From: Squalus acanthias
Lineage: Eukaryota
Assembly (NCBI GenBank): GCA_030390025.1
Contig: CM059425.1
Coordinates: 262,942,001-263,006,000, forward strand
DNA length: 64,000 bases
Reading direction: 5' to 3'
This document shows, piece after piece, positions 51,361 to 63,769 of the stretch. Made by a program: the position numbers and the translations under genes. The notes below the pieces were generated by a model, which searched no databases, was not told the DNA's origin, and saw only the letters and a program-made list of their open reading frames with translations. Positions within the stretch are counted from its first letter, which is position 1, and the number at the start of each line of letters is the position of its first letter.

Positions 51361-51799
51361 GAGTGCCTCCAGAGGGCTTCACAAGGGCAGATCAGCTCGA
51401 GCCGGGGAAGCCACCGCTGATGTGCCCTTGTAGACAGCGACAGCCCACCCGGCTACGCAACTGACCGTCTCCATGGAATTTGGGATGGACTGTCTGGCCT
51501 GTGGGGGTGGCTGGGGGGCGGGGCGGCAGGAAGTGTGGGTGGAGGTTCTGCTCCGCTGTACTTACACCAGTGGACCAGGGTCTGAGGAAGTTGCAGGCCA
51601 TAGATTTAAAGGTTAAAGAAAACAGTTAAAAGTAGAGTTGCAATCCTGTCGCCTTACCCTTGTCCCCATCTGTTTTCAATCTTTTTATTTTGTGATCCTT
51701 CAGGTGAGGGATATTAGAATCAGCATCAAGAACTTCCAGGTCAGATTATATTAATTAATAACATTAAATCATTGTGAATGATTACTTTGACATTCTACC

Positions 51800-52320
51800 T
51801 TTGAAACTTGGCTCACAGGTGGTGATACCTTGCCCTTTACTGAAGCCTCCTCACCTGGTTATACTTTCCACCATCTGCCCGACCCAAACCACCACAGTGA
51901 CGGTGTGGCCCTCATCACCAAATTTCACCTTGGTCTCTCACCCTAGTCCTCTGGTACATTCGAGCACCTCACCTTGTTCCACTCCTCTCACCTTTCCTTT
52001 AAAATGCTCATTCTTTACCGCCCAACCATTCACCCCACCCCCGAAGCTCCACTGAGATATCTTCTTCCTTTCCTCCCTCAGCCTCTGCACTGAGTGACTC
52101 CATCCTTGGTGATTTTAATCTCCATCTCACTCCCCTTCCCCTCTCTCCTCTGAGTTCACTGTCCTCCTCTACTCCTTAAACCTCAATATAAACTTTCCTA
52201 CGCATATTCACAGCCACCCCCTTGACCTCGCCATCTCACGTGGCCTCGCTACTCTCATAGTCTCGATCACATCTCCGACCACTTCCCTTGTGTCCCTCAA
52301 CACCCACACCTCCATTGTTC
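51800..52320 (+). mobile_element. Decayed L2-like endonuclease fragment
   Basis: ILGDFNLH-like codons (atccttggtgattttaatctccat) in C/T-rich sequence. Confidence 0.6.
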
Positions 52321-52689
52321 TTTTTAAAAATAGGATGAATTCTTTAAAACTAATGTCCTTCCTGCCATCTAAAAAAATGATCTAGAACCTCCAGTACATG
52401 GTAGCAGGTACTTGCAATTTAATAGAATTTCCCACCTCTATGTTGGCCTTCTGTTTTGGGTCTGCAAACCCATCAGAAACCCATTCAGCTGTTGTCAGCA
52501 ATCTATAGCTCAGTTAGTAAATGTACCATGTTGTGTGGTACAGAGTGACGTAGATCAGAAAAGTCCTAAGTACAAACCCTGGTGTGAACTGAGTTTTCTG
52601 CATTTTCACTGGGGTGCAGTTGAGACACTAAAATTGGCATCTGTGGTCTTGAGGGAAAGTTGCCATCTCTGATCTCTATCCGTTGATGG

Positions 52690-53057
52690 AAGGTGTGTGC
52701 CTTGTTTTCAAATCCCTCCATGGCCTCACTCCCTACTCTGTAACCTCTTCCATCCCTACAACGAGATCTCCATGCTCCTCCAATTCTCGTCTCTTGCACA
52801 TCCCCAATTTCCTTTGCCCCTCCATTGGCGGTCGTGCCTTCAGCTGCCTAAGCCCTAAGCTCTGGAATTCCCTCCCTAAACCTCTCCACCTCTTTCTCCT
52901 CCTTTAAGATGCTCCTTAAAACTTATCTATTGGTTACCTGTCCTAATATCTCTTTATGTGGCTCAGTGTCAAATTTTGTTTGATAACGCTCCTGTGAAGC
53001 GTCTTGTGACATTTTACTATGTTAAAGGCGCTATATAAATGCAAATTGTTGTTGTTG
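52690..53057 (+). mobile_element. L2-type LINE 3' end
   Basis: LVFKSLHGL...GGRAFS...LWNSLP; tail aaggcgctatataaatgcaaattg(ttg)n. Confidence 0.88.
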
Positions 53058-53277
53058 TATGTGGGTGTCAGGTGAGGCCCCCTAAAGTCAAATTGCCTGT
53101 CAACACATAATGCCCAGGCTCACACATGGAGAATGAGCCCTTGACTGAGGTATCGGAGTGTTGCCCAGGGGACAGTATGAGTCACAGCCTGCAGCAAATT
53201 GAGGAATAAAAAGAAAATGTACCAATTTCTCATTAAAGCTTCAAGATACTGTTCATTAAAAAAAGGAATAAACTTAC

Positions 53278-53440
53278 ATTTTCCATCTTCATTCCGGCAG
53301 AGCAGTTTTGTGTCATCGGTGTGCTGTATAATGTCTAACACTTCGCCTGCTTTCACTGGCAGGTCTCGGTTGGCCCATTTCCGAGCAGTTAAGTTCTGAG
53401 TAACCTCAACAGTTCCCAGAACTCGGATTTCTCCATCATA
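53278..53440 (-). CDS. FYB1: FYB1 (ADAP) exon, C-terminal helically extended SH3 domain
   Basis: cag|TAT...AAA T|gtaagt, 163 nt: YDGEIRVLGTVEVTQNLTARKWANRDLPVKAGEVLDIIQHTDDTKLLCRNEDGK; recalled human YDGEIRVL...TDDTKVLCRNEEGK; RICTOR synteny supports FYB1. Confidence 0.95.
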
Positions 53441-53699
53441 CTGTTTGAGGTGGGAAAAACAAAAGTTATTCAAAGCATTTCACATACTTAAAAAAAACTA
53501 GAATGTAAAGTCATAAAGTGAAAAAAAAACTGATCTCAACGATATTGGTTATGAGTTTATGCCACTGGTAAACCGGTTATGTGCTCATTGATGGTTATTG
53601 GTGAGACTGCAAGCTCCCATACCAGGACTCTATTTATATGCAGGCATGGAAAACAACTAATGTGCAAAATACTAGCCTGTTCCCTAATTTTAGAAAGTC

Positions 53700-54370
53700 T
53701 GAGGGTTGTTGGTTAGAACCCCACACCAGGGCTGGAGCTCATAATCTAGGATTATACTCCACTGCAGTACAGAGGGAGTGCTGTGATGTGGGAGGGGCTT
53801 TCCTTTGGAATGAGACGTTAAACGGAGGCCCTGTCTGCCCGTTCAGGTAGACGTTAAAGATCTCATGTCACTGTGAAGAAAAGCGGGGGAGGGGGTGTTC
53901 TCCCAGTGTCTTGGCCAAACAAGCAGATTAACTGCTAATTCATCTAATCGTGGTTTGTTATTGCTGGCACAGAAAGGCTGTCATCACATAAAGAAAACTA
54001 CACTACACTTCAAAACGAATTTGGAGAATCTTACGACACACAAGGAGGACATTCGGCCCGTCGTGCCTGTGCCGGCTCTTTGAAAGAGCGCTCCAATTCA
54101 GTCCCACATCCCAACATTCTCTCCATAACCCTGCAAATTAGTCCTCTTCAAGTACATGTCCAATTGGCTTTTGAAATTTCCTATGGGATCTGCTTTCATC
54201 ACCCTTTCAGGTAGTGTGTTCCAGATCTTAACAACCCTATTTAGGATATTAGGCAATGGTATTAAGGGTATGGAACCAAGGCAGGTAGATGGAGTGAGAT
54301 ACAGATCAGCTATGGTCTAATTGAATGGTGGAACAGGCTCGAGGGGCTGAATGACCTCCTTGTGTTCCTC
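53700..54370. mobile_element. Degenerate SacSINE1-like SINE followed by CR1 3' tails in both orientations
   Basis: Deu core at about 53760-53920; CR1 tails at about 54040-54240 (-) and 54240-54370 (+). Confidence 0.65.
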
Positions 54371-54896
54371 TATTTCAACATTACAATTGTAGGCATATCG
54401 TTGATTTGAGGCAATAGCATTTTTCTTTGTACTTAATACCCAATGAAGATGTTCCTTAGTAATTATGGATTCTTTACTGGTGTGAAAGGATCACATCCGT
54501 GGTGCATGAATGTCAGATTACAATGAAAATATCTGTGCTGTGATGCCCTACCATGGTCAAATAGCCATCTACACTCACTATCCAGGCTCACACCTGAAGA
54601 ATAACCACATGGGGGGAGGAACATGAGGGGGAAATAGTCAGTGCTTCCAGGAGAGGAGGGAAAATAAACACCCGTGGAAGAGATTCATGTTCTGCTTTGA
54701 CTGGGTACACTGTCATTTATTGCAACTATGAGGGTGGGGCAGGAGGGTGATTGTACAGTTCTTGATATGTTTTGGGATTGAATTAGTATTCCTGGGTTGT
54801 TTTGTCCCTGAATTAGGTTGTTTTCCAAGGATATCTGACACTTTGTGACACTGAAAGGTGAGCCAACTTCAGACTTGTTGCTAACCGAGAAGATCC

Positions 54897-55278
54897 ACGC
54901 AAACATTCACTCCCTCCACCACCGGCACACCGTGGCTGCAGTGTGTACCATCTACAAGATGCACTGCAGCAACTCGCCAAGGCTTCCTTGACAGCACCTC
55001 CCAAACCCGCGACCTCTACCACCTAGAAGGCGCATGGGAATACCACCACCTCCAAGTCACACACCATCCTGACTTGGAAATATATCGCCGTTCCTTCATC
55101 AACGTTGGGTCAAAATCCTGGAACTCCTTCCCTAACAGCACTGTGGGAGTACCTTCACCTCATGGGCTGCAGCGGTTAAAGAAGGTGGCTCATCACCACC
55201 TTCTCAAGGGCAATTAGGGATGGGCAATAAACACTGGCCTTGCCAGCGACGCCCATATCACATGAACGAATAAAGAAA
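54897..55278 (+). mobile_element. LINE 3' end (same family as 37430-37800)
   Basis: Ends gggcaattagggatgggcaataaa...gaataaagaaaa. Confidence 0.75.
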
Positions 55279-58200
55279 ATAAATGCAAGTACTGTTACAG
55301 CACTAGAAAGGAATGATGTACTTGACGGTTCAAAGGCAGAATCAATTTGGTTAGAATTAAGGAACAATAGAGGAGGTATTACGCTGCTGGGTGTATACTA
55401 TAGGCCACCAAATAGTGGGAAGGAGACTGAGAAGCCAATTGCAGAAAGATGCAGGAACTTTAGAGTAGTGATAATGGGGGACTTCAGTTATCCTAGTATA
55501 TACTGGGATAGTAACCATGTAAAGGGCAGAGAACGGGAGGAATTCCTGAAATGTGTACAAGAGTATTTTTTGATCAGTGTTTCCAGCCCAATGTGGAAGG
55601 AAGCAGTGCTGGATCGAGTTCTGAGGAATGAAGTAGGGCAAGTGGAGCATGTTTCAGTGGGGGAGCATTTGGGAATCAGTGGCCTTGCCTGTAATTTAGA
55701 AAGGGACACTGTTCCTTATATTCAAGGCACTAATTTACAATGAATAAATCAAATTCCATTTTCATTGAGATTCTAGGATTTTGAGGATCACATTCCACAA
55801 TTCAATCCGTTTTTCGGTGAGAACCAAAAAGCAGTGTCCTTGATAAACAAAATCAAGAAGTTCAACCACAGTATCAACTCTGTCATCTGCCTTTATATTA
55901 AAATAAATATGTTTCTCCTTTTTAATAAAAAAAAATCCTTCTTCTACTCTGTTATTAGTAAAAATTGGAAATATACAACTATTAAAATAAAGAGTAGTTC
56001 AGAAATAGGAGGGATCAGACAAGGGGGAAATGCGAGGCAGACTAAGATGGATTTGGAGTGCATGTGCGTAAATGCCCAGAGCGTGGTAAATAAGGTTGGT
56101 GAGCTGCAGGCACAAGTAGCCACATGGGACTATGATATACTGGCAATAACAGAGACCTGGCTCAAAGAAGGGGAGGATTGGGCACTTAATATTCCTGGCT
56201 ACAAGGTATGCAAGAAAGACAGGGGGGGGTTGCAATATAGATCAAAGATTACAGCACGGGAAAGGAATGATGTACTTGAGGGTTCAAAGACAGAATCTAT
56301 TCGGTTAGAATTAAGGAACAATAGAGGAGTTATTACGTTGCTGGGTGTATACTATAGGCCACTAAATAGTGGGAAGGGCATAGAGGAGCAAATATGCAGG
56401 CAAATTGGAGAAAGATGCAAGAATTTAGAGTAGTGATACTGGGGGACTTCAATTATCTCAATATAGAATGTCAAAATAACAGTGTAAAGGGCAAAGAGGG
56501 GGAGAAATTCCTGAAATATGTATAAGAGGACTTTTTTGATCAGTGTGTTTCCAGCCCAACAAGGAAGGAGGCAGTGCTGGATCTTGTTCTGTGGAATGAA
56601 GTGGAGCATCTTTCACTGGGAGAGGATTTGGGAAACGGTGATCACGATACCATTAGGTTTAGAATAGTTATGGAAAAGGACAAGGAAAAATCAAATTTAA
56701 AAATGTTCAGCTGAAGGAGGGCTAATTTCAGTGAATTGAAAAGGGATCTGGCCCAGGTGAATTGGAATCAAAGATTGGCAGGTAAAACAGCAAATGAGAA
56801 TTGGGAAGCCTTCAATGAGGAGATAGTTCAGGTACAGACTAGACACATTCCCACAAGGGGGAATGGAAGGGCTTCCAAAGCTAGAGCTTCCTGGATGACT
56901 AAAGATAATGGCCCAGATATTCCGATTTTTTTTCATTGATTTATCATTTAAAAATACTTTAAAAAAAAGGTAAGTTTATTTCTAGCCCTGTAAAAAACTT
57001 TAATTATTTTTTTCAAAAAATTAAATTTTTGTTTAAAATACTATTGTAATTTCAAGTCATTTAAAAAATGTGATGTGTTTTTTTAAATTTATTTAAAGTT
57101 TTACTATGTTTTTTCATTGATCTCCATTCATATATTTGACAGGTCTTCCTATTCATAAATAGAGGCATAGAGTACAAAAGCAAGGAAGTTATGATGAACC
57201 TTTATAAAACACTGGTCCGACCTCAACTGGAGTATTGTGTCCAATTCTGGGCACCGCACTTTAGGAAGGATGTGAAGGCCTTAGCGAGGATGCAGAAAAG
57301 ATTTACGGGAATTGTTCCAGGGATGAGGGACTTCAGTTACATGGATAGACTGGAGAAGCTGGGGTTGTTCTCCTTAGAGCAGTTTGCTATCGTAAGGTTG
57401 AGAGGATATTTGATAGAGGTGTACAAAATCATGAGGGGTCTAGACAGAGTAGATAGAGAGAAACTGTTCCCATTGGTGGAAGGGTTGAGAACCAAAGGAC
57501 ACAGATTTAAGGTGATTGGCAGAAGAACCAAAGGCGACATGAGGAAAAACTTTTTTATGCAGCGAGTGGTTATGATCTGGAAAGCACTGTTCGAGAGGGT
57601 GGTGGAGGCAGATTCAATCATGGCTTTAAAAAGGGAATTCAATAAGTACCTGAAGGAAAATTTTTTGCAGGGCTACGGGGAAAGGACAGGACAGTGGGAC
57701 TAGCTGACATGCTCTTGCAGAGAGCTGGCACGGGCTTGATAGGCCGAATGGTACTGTAACCATTCTATGATTCTATGAGGGTAGTGCAGTTTATGTTGTG
57801 TATATGGACTTACAAAAGGCGTTTGATAAAATACCACATAATAGACTTGTTAGCAAAATTGAAGCCGATGGGATTAACAGGACAATGGCTCTGTGGATAT
57901 GTAATTGGCTAAGGGACAGAAAGCAGAGAGTAGTGGACTGGTAGTAGCGACACAAAACTCAGAAATGTAGTAAACAAGGTGTGAATACAAAACGTACAGA
58001 TAACTAAAAAAGGAAATAAGAGGGCCAAGGAGAGAATAGATTAGCGGGTAACATAAAAGGGAACCCAAAAATCTTTTATAAACATATAACTAGTAAAAGG
58101 ATAGTCAAAGGATGGGTGGGGCCGATTAGGGACCAAGAAGGAGATCTTGTGGAGGCAGAGGGCATTGCTGAGCTGCTAAATGAGTACTTTGCATCTGTCT

Positions 58201-59052
58201 TCACTAAAGAAGAGGATGCTGCCAATGTCGCAGTAAAGGAGCAGGCAGTAGAAAAATTGGATGGGATATAAATAGATAAAGAGGAAGTACTTAAAAGGTT
58301 GGCAGCACCCGTTCTGGATGGGATGCATCCTAGGTTGCTGAGGAAAGTAAGGGTGGAAATTGCAGAGGTTCTGGCCCAATCTTCCAATCCTCCTTAGATA
58401 TGAAAGTGGTGCCAGAGGACTGGAGATTGCAAGGTTACATTCCTGTTCAAAAAAGGGGAGAGGGATAAACCCGGCAACTACAGGTGGTGGGGAAACTTTT
58501 ATAGTCAATAATCCGGGACAAAATTAATTGGCACTTGGAAAAATATGGGTTAATCAATGAAAACCAGCATGAATTTGTTAAAGGCAAATCGTGTTTGACT
58601 AACTTGATTGAGAGTAGTGGTGAACAGTTGTTTTTCAGACTGGAGGGTGGTATATAGTGGTGTTCCCCAGGGGTCGGTGTTGGGACCACTGCTCTTTTTG
58701 ATATATATTAATGAACTGGACTTGGGTATACAGATCATAGTTTACAGATGATACGAAACTCAGAAATGTAGTAAACAGTGAGGAGGATAGTCACAGACTC
58801 CAGGAGGACATAGACAGACTAGTGAAATGGGAAGACACATGGCAAATGAAATTCAACACAGAGAAGTGTGAAGTGATTCATTTTGTTGGGAGGAATGAGG
58901 AGAGGCAATATAAACTAAATGGTACAATTCTAAAGGTGATGCAGGAGCATAGAGACCTGGGGGGGGGTTGCGCAAACAAGTCTTTGAAGGTGGTAGGACA
59001 AGTTGAGTAGGCTGTTAAAAAAGCATACGTGATCCTTGGCTTTATAAATAGA

Positions 59053-59144
59053 AGTGAGAAGTCGCACAACACCAGGTTATAGTCCAACAGTTTTATTTGA
59101 AATCACAAGCTTTCGGAGCTGCTGCTCTTTCGTCAGGTGAAGTG
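59053..59144 (-). mobile_element. Penelope-like terminal fragment inserted in a CR1
   Basis: 10-bp TSD TATAAATAGA at 59043-59052 and 59145-59154; hammerhead core followed by AATAAA on the minus strand. Confidence 0.8.
59100..59144 (-). ncRNA. Minimal type I hammerhead ribozyme motif
   Basis: CTGACGA (59136-59130), stem II GAGC-agca-GCTC, GAAA (59114-59111), palindromic AAGCTT; layout known from Penelope-like elements. Confidence 0.6.
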
Positions 59145-59807
59145 TATAAATAGAGGCATAGAGTACAAAAGCAAGGAAGTTTTGCTAAACTATAAAACAC
59201 TGTCTAGGTCCCAGCTGGAGTATTGTGGCCAAATCTGGGCACCACACTTGAGGAAGGATGTCAGGGGCTTAGAAAGGGTGCAGAGGAGATTTACTAGAAT
59301 GGTACCAGGGATGAGGGACTTCAGTTACGTGGAGAGACTGGAGAAACCGGGGTTCTCTTTAGAGCAGAGAAGGTTCAGGGGAGATTTGATAGAGTAGTTC
59401 AAAATCATGAATTATTTTGAGAGAGTAAATAAGGAGAAACTGTTTCCAGTGGTAAAAGGGTCGATAACCAGAGGGCACAGATTTAAGGTAATTGGCAAAA
59501 GAAACAGAGGCAACACGAGGAAAAAACTATTTACGCAACGAGTTGTTGTGATCTGGAATGCACTGCCTGAAAGGGTGGTGGAAGCAGATTCTATAATAAC
59601 TTTCAGAAGGGAATAGAATTGGAACTTGAAGGGTGAAAATTTGCAGGGCTGTGGGGAAAGAGCAGGGGAGTGGGACTAACTGGAGAGCTCGACCAAAGAA
59701 CCGGCACAGGCAGGATGGGACGAATGGCCTCCTTCTGCGCCATATCATTCGATGATTCTGTACTGTAGTTCAAAAGCATGGCCACATTTCAGGTAGATGG
59801 GATATTC

Positions 59808-59904
59808 GGGGGTAATTTTAACATAACCCAAGGCCGGGAAAAGGTCAATGTTCGACCTGAACCCGTCAGCTTTCTGCTGGGCGGGTTAGGTTAAAATAAC
59901 CCCC
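59808..59904. mobile_element. 97-bp mini-MITE / fold-back element
   Basis: GGGGGTAATTTTAACATAACCC / GGGTTAGGTTAAAATAACCCCC, 20 of 22 bases complementary. Confidence 0.8.
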
Positions 59905-59943
59905 CAGAAAGTTCAAAACAATTCAAACAAGTCCAAAACTTAC

Positions 59944-60058
59944 TTTAAATTTTTTCCTGAAGTCTTTTTCCTCCTTTTCCATCTTTTTGTTTTTTTTTGG
60001 ATCTTTATCCTCTTTTTTGCCTTTTCCGGGTGTTGGAGGTTTCAAGGACTTTGGCAAA
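59944..60058 (-). CDS. FYB1: FYB1 (ADAP) lysine-rich exon preceding the hSH3 domain
   Basis: cag|T TTG...TTT AAA|gtaagt, 115 nt: LPKSLKPPTPGKGKKEDKDPKKNKKMEKEEKDFRKKFK; recalled human KKQEKEEKDFRKKFK; phase 0 join to the next exon. Confidence 0.95.
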
Positions 60059-60270
60059 CTGTTTAACAAAAAGAGAACATAACTTTGAGGTGTTTGACCT
60101 TTTTCCCCAAAACCTTGTTGCCTCATCCCAGCATCCCCATGGCTATGCATGTCAATCCACCTCCCTTGCAGTGTTTGTCTTTCTAAAAGGTTCCCTCATA
60201 CCATCCTAGTCCCTGTTTGATTTTGAAAACCAGTTTAGACAGCAATACTTTAAGGCTCTGAGCACTCAGT

Positions 60271-60819
60271 GGGGTCGATTTTAACTTTCGGGAGCCCAAC
60301 CAGCAACACCCCGGTTGCCCTGTGGTCCCTACATCCAGCTGCGGCTCACCGGCTTCGGGTCGGCACAATATAGAGCGTCTCAAATGCCGAGACAGGTCCT
60401 GCAGTGGAGCAGGGGCGAAGCAGAGGGGGCCAAGCTCAGGTTGGCTGCGGACCACAGTATTTTTTTGCTCTGTTGGCTCCATAGAAATACAACTTGTAAA
60501 AAGTTTGGGGGTCGGTTTTGGAGTGGCCATCAGCGATCCCTTTAAGGGCTGCTGGTTACACCGCTCAATGCCAGGACATGTGTGCAGAGCATGCGCATTG
60601 CACACGCCATGCATGTGCGTGTTAAAATTGCATTCAGGGTGCTAACTATGTCATAGGACCCTGATTTGCATATTAAAGAGGTCTACTGTCTGAAACAGGC
60701 AGATGCCCATGGAAGGTCCCTTTAATAATGGTGGCAGTCAGGGCCTAAGTCTACCAATCCCATTATGAGTCTATCACCGCCCCATTATTGCCGATTTTTA
60801 GCTAGTTAATATCGGCTCC
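60271..60819. mobile_element. MITE-like element
   Basis: Imperfect TIRs GGGGTCGATTTTAAC / GTTAATATCGGCTCC. Confidence 0.7.
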
Positions 60820-61076
60820 ACTAACTGGTCTGGAGAAGAGGCTTTTCAAATCTTCACAATCGGCGGAGAGTGGGAGCAATTCCCTCTTTTGCTTGTCAGT
60901 TACTGTGGGGAGTGATCAGGGAACTCCTCATTCTTCCATCATATCCATGTGAGTGGCAGCTCACTACTCCTGTTTGTATACACTGTCAGCCTAGGTGTAC
61001 GGAATCTCGATATAATCAAATTCTGAGTAATCTCCTTCTGCAGCTGACCTTAGAAGAAACAAAGAACTGAGCCAAG

Positions 61077-61580
61077 TATAAAATCCCAATGGACCAAACC
61101 CCTTCCCATTCATTCCCTCTCTATAAAATCCCAATGGACCAAACCCCTTCCCATCCATTCCCTCTCTATAAAATCCCAATGGACCAAACCCCTTCCCATC
61201 CATTCCCTCTCTATAAAATCCCAATGGACCAAACCCCTTCCCATCCATTCCCTCTCTATAAAATCCCAATAGACCAAACCCCTTCCCATCCATTCCCTCT
61301 CTATAAAATTCCAATGGACCAAACCCCTTCCCATCCATTCCCTCTCTATAAAATTCCAATGGACCAAACCCCTTCCCATCCATTCCCTTTCTATAAAATC
61401 CCAATGGACCAAACCCCTTCCCATCCATTCCCTCTCTATAAAATCCCAATGGACAAAATCCCATCCCATCCATTCCCTCTCTATAAAATCCCAATGGACC
61501 AAACCCCTTCCTATTCATTCCCTTTCTAAAAAATCCCAATGGACCAAACCCCTTCCCATTCATTCCCATTTTATATAAAC
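61077..61580. repeat. 45-bp minisatellite, about 11 copies (TATAAAATCCCAATGGACCAAACCCCTTCCCATCCATTCCCTCTC)
   Basis: Read directly; the ORF track shows a 15-aa period. Confidence 0.98.
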
Positions 61581-62394
61581 CCCTTTCCCTTGTCTCTTGT
61601 GGGGAAAGGTATAAAAATGCTTGGTCCAATCCAATTATCTTGTATTTAATGCTCAGCAGAAAAACAAAATGCAATCAGCTCACTGCCAAATGTGACTTTG
61701 AAACAGTTTAGCGAGACCTAATCTCTTTATGAGTCAGATTCGATTCATGTGTAGTGTTCCCTGTTGTTTTGGTTCAGCTTGAATTGTTGAATGAACAACG
61801 GAATGGGCTATGCTGCAAACAGTTGTAAATCGACTAGCTGGTATCTGCAGTTTATTGAAACCCTGATCCAAGCAGGACTTTTCTTACCAAAGCATTAGGT
61901 GATTAGCAGGAATCAACAGTACAAGCAAATGGTTGGTTACCTCATTCCTTTCCATTAACTGCCAGAACAACAGGTGACGACAACACTGACTATTACAGGT
62001 TTTTCAGCACTGCCACCAGGCATTTTGGAGTGGTGCAACAATTGATTAAAGCAGTAAAACCCCACTCCCATCCCCCAGTGTTTCATGCAATGCCCCGTAC
62101 TCTGACTGGAGTCAGGAGGCTTGCCTGCAACTGTGACAACCGGGAGCTAGTCGCTCGCACTGGGAGACTTGTAAAGTAAGATTACACATGTTCTTTGAAC
62201 TTATAAAAGAGAAGTTCACCAGCTACACCAATTAATCTGCCTAAGGTAGTTAGCCAGTTAAGACCATAGTGATTAGTTACTTGTTGAGCCCAGTAACCGT
62301 GGAAACTTGGGACACATTACCTCTTCCGATAAATGGATATAAATTTTTTCTCTCTCTCTTCTCTCCTTCTTGAACTCAGCAGGCAGAAAAATAA

Positions 62395-63050
62395 ATAGAA
62401 TAGAATAGTTCAGCACAGAAGGAAGCCATTCGGCCCATCGAGTCTGCTCTGGCTCTTTCGAAGAGCAATCCAGTTAGTCCCACTCCCCCGCTCTTTCCCC
62501 ATCTCCCTGCAATTTTTTCTCCTTCAAGTATTTATCCAATTCCCTTTTGAAGGCTACTATTGAATTTGTTTCCACCACCCTATCAGGCAGCGCATTCCAA
62601 ATCCTAACCACTCCTTGCGTAAAAAAGTTCTTCCTCATATCGCCTCTGGTTTTTTTCTTCTGGTTGTTGACCCTTCAGCCATTGGAAACAGTTTCTCTTT
62701 ATTTACTCGATCTAAACCCTTCATGATTTTAAACACCTCCATCAAATCTGCTCTAAGGAGAACAACCCCAGCTTCTCCAGTCTATCCATGTAACTGTAAT
62801 CCCTCATCTCTGGAACCAAGCTCATTCTTCCTACCAAACGTATCACCTCACACTTTACTGCGTTGAATTTCATGTGTCTGCCCTTTCCACCAGCCTGCCT
62901 ATGTCCTCTTGAAGTCTATTACTCTCTTCCTCACTGTTTACTACACTTCCAAGTTTCGTGTCATCTTCAAATTTCGAAATTGTACCCTGTACCCCCAAGT
63001 CCAAGTCATTAATGTATATCAGAAACAGCAGTGGTCCTAGTACTGAACCC
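62395..63050 (-). mobile_element. CR1 3'/RT fragments
   Basis: [17 protein letters not shown] and SKFEDDTKL on the minus strand; CR1 tail at about 62400. Confidence 0.88.
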
Positions 63051-63094
63051 TCTCTCTCTCTCCCTCCGTCTCCCATCAAAACTGAACATAAGAG

Positions 63095-63749
63095 GGGAAA
63101 AATTCGGTATCGACCATTTTGGGGCACTAACATCGCCTGGACCCTAACTTTAGCGCCCGGCACTAATTAGCGCCAGCCACCGTGAAATTGAGTTTTAGCA
63201 CCCCAAGAGGGAAGTGGAGCACTAAATCAAGCGCTAAACACTTCTCTTCGGGCACTAATGTCAGAGAGCGGGGCGCTACCTTCAGAGCGCTAATCAAGTT
63301 CTGGCGCTGTCAATTAGAAAGTTGTCAGACAGACTAGCACCTTCCAGCTCTTAAAGGTGAGATTTAATCATGCTGCACAGCCTCGCTCTGATCACTGCTG
63401 CTTGACCTCCCAAAGAACTGGTAAGTGATCCCTTTAAATAGCGCCCCGGGAGCAGCAAGCCCAGGTATCAACGCCTGCTATTTCTGTCATTCTCAGCGCC
63501 AGGCGGTAAGTCAGGGGAAGCGACTGAATCTCGCATCTGGGGTGCTAACGGGGCGTTGGACACTCATTGACGTCATGGTCTGAGCGGCGCTAGAGGGCCA
63601 GGCGCTAAGTGTTAGCGCCGGCACTAAATGCTGACTGAATTTCGCGGGCGGCGTTAGAATCGCCACGCCCGGGCGATAAGCCCTTAGCGCCCCGTTAGCG
63701 CCCCGCCCGGGCACTAACAGGAGGCGATAAGATACCGAATTTCTAGCCC
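63095..63749. mobile_element. GC-rich MITE-like element, same family as 27858-28746
   Basis: TIRs GGGAAAAATTCGGTATC / GATACCGAATTTCTAGCCC; collinear subterminal arms. Confidence 0.85.
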
Positions 63750-63769
63750 AAGGACTTTGATGACCTAAC

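Larger units (their letters stand above)
55285..59760 (+). mobile_element. Cluster of nested and rearranged CR1 fragments (two EN pieces, RT pieces, two 3' ends)
   Basis: YYRPP/GDF EN motifs at about 55.3-55.7 and 56.0-56.9 kb; 3' ORF 57191-57703; RT to 3' end at 57990-59760. Confidence 0.9.

Noticed and set aside
53278-60058. Assignment to the paralogues PRAM1 or FYB2
   Set aside because: YDGEIRVL and TDDTK-LCRNE-GK fit FYB1 as recalled, and RICTOR is the neighbouring gene.
60991-61674. 227-aa ORF (GMDGKGFGPLGFYRE)n
   Set aside because: Translation of the 45-bp minisatellite; unrelated to FYB1.
62321-62375. Possible upstream FYB1 exon ending GAG|gtaatg
   Set aside because: Poor acceptor and no similarity to the expected YDDV-containing exon.
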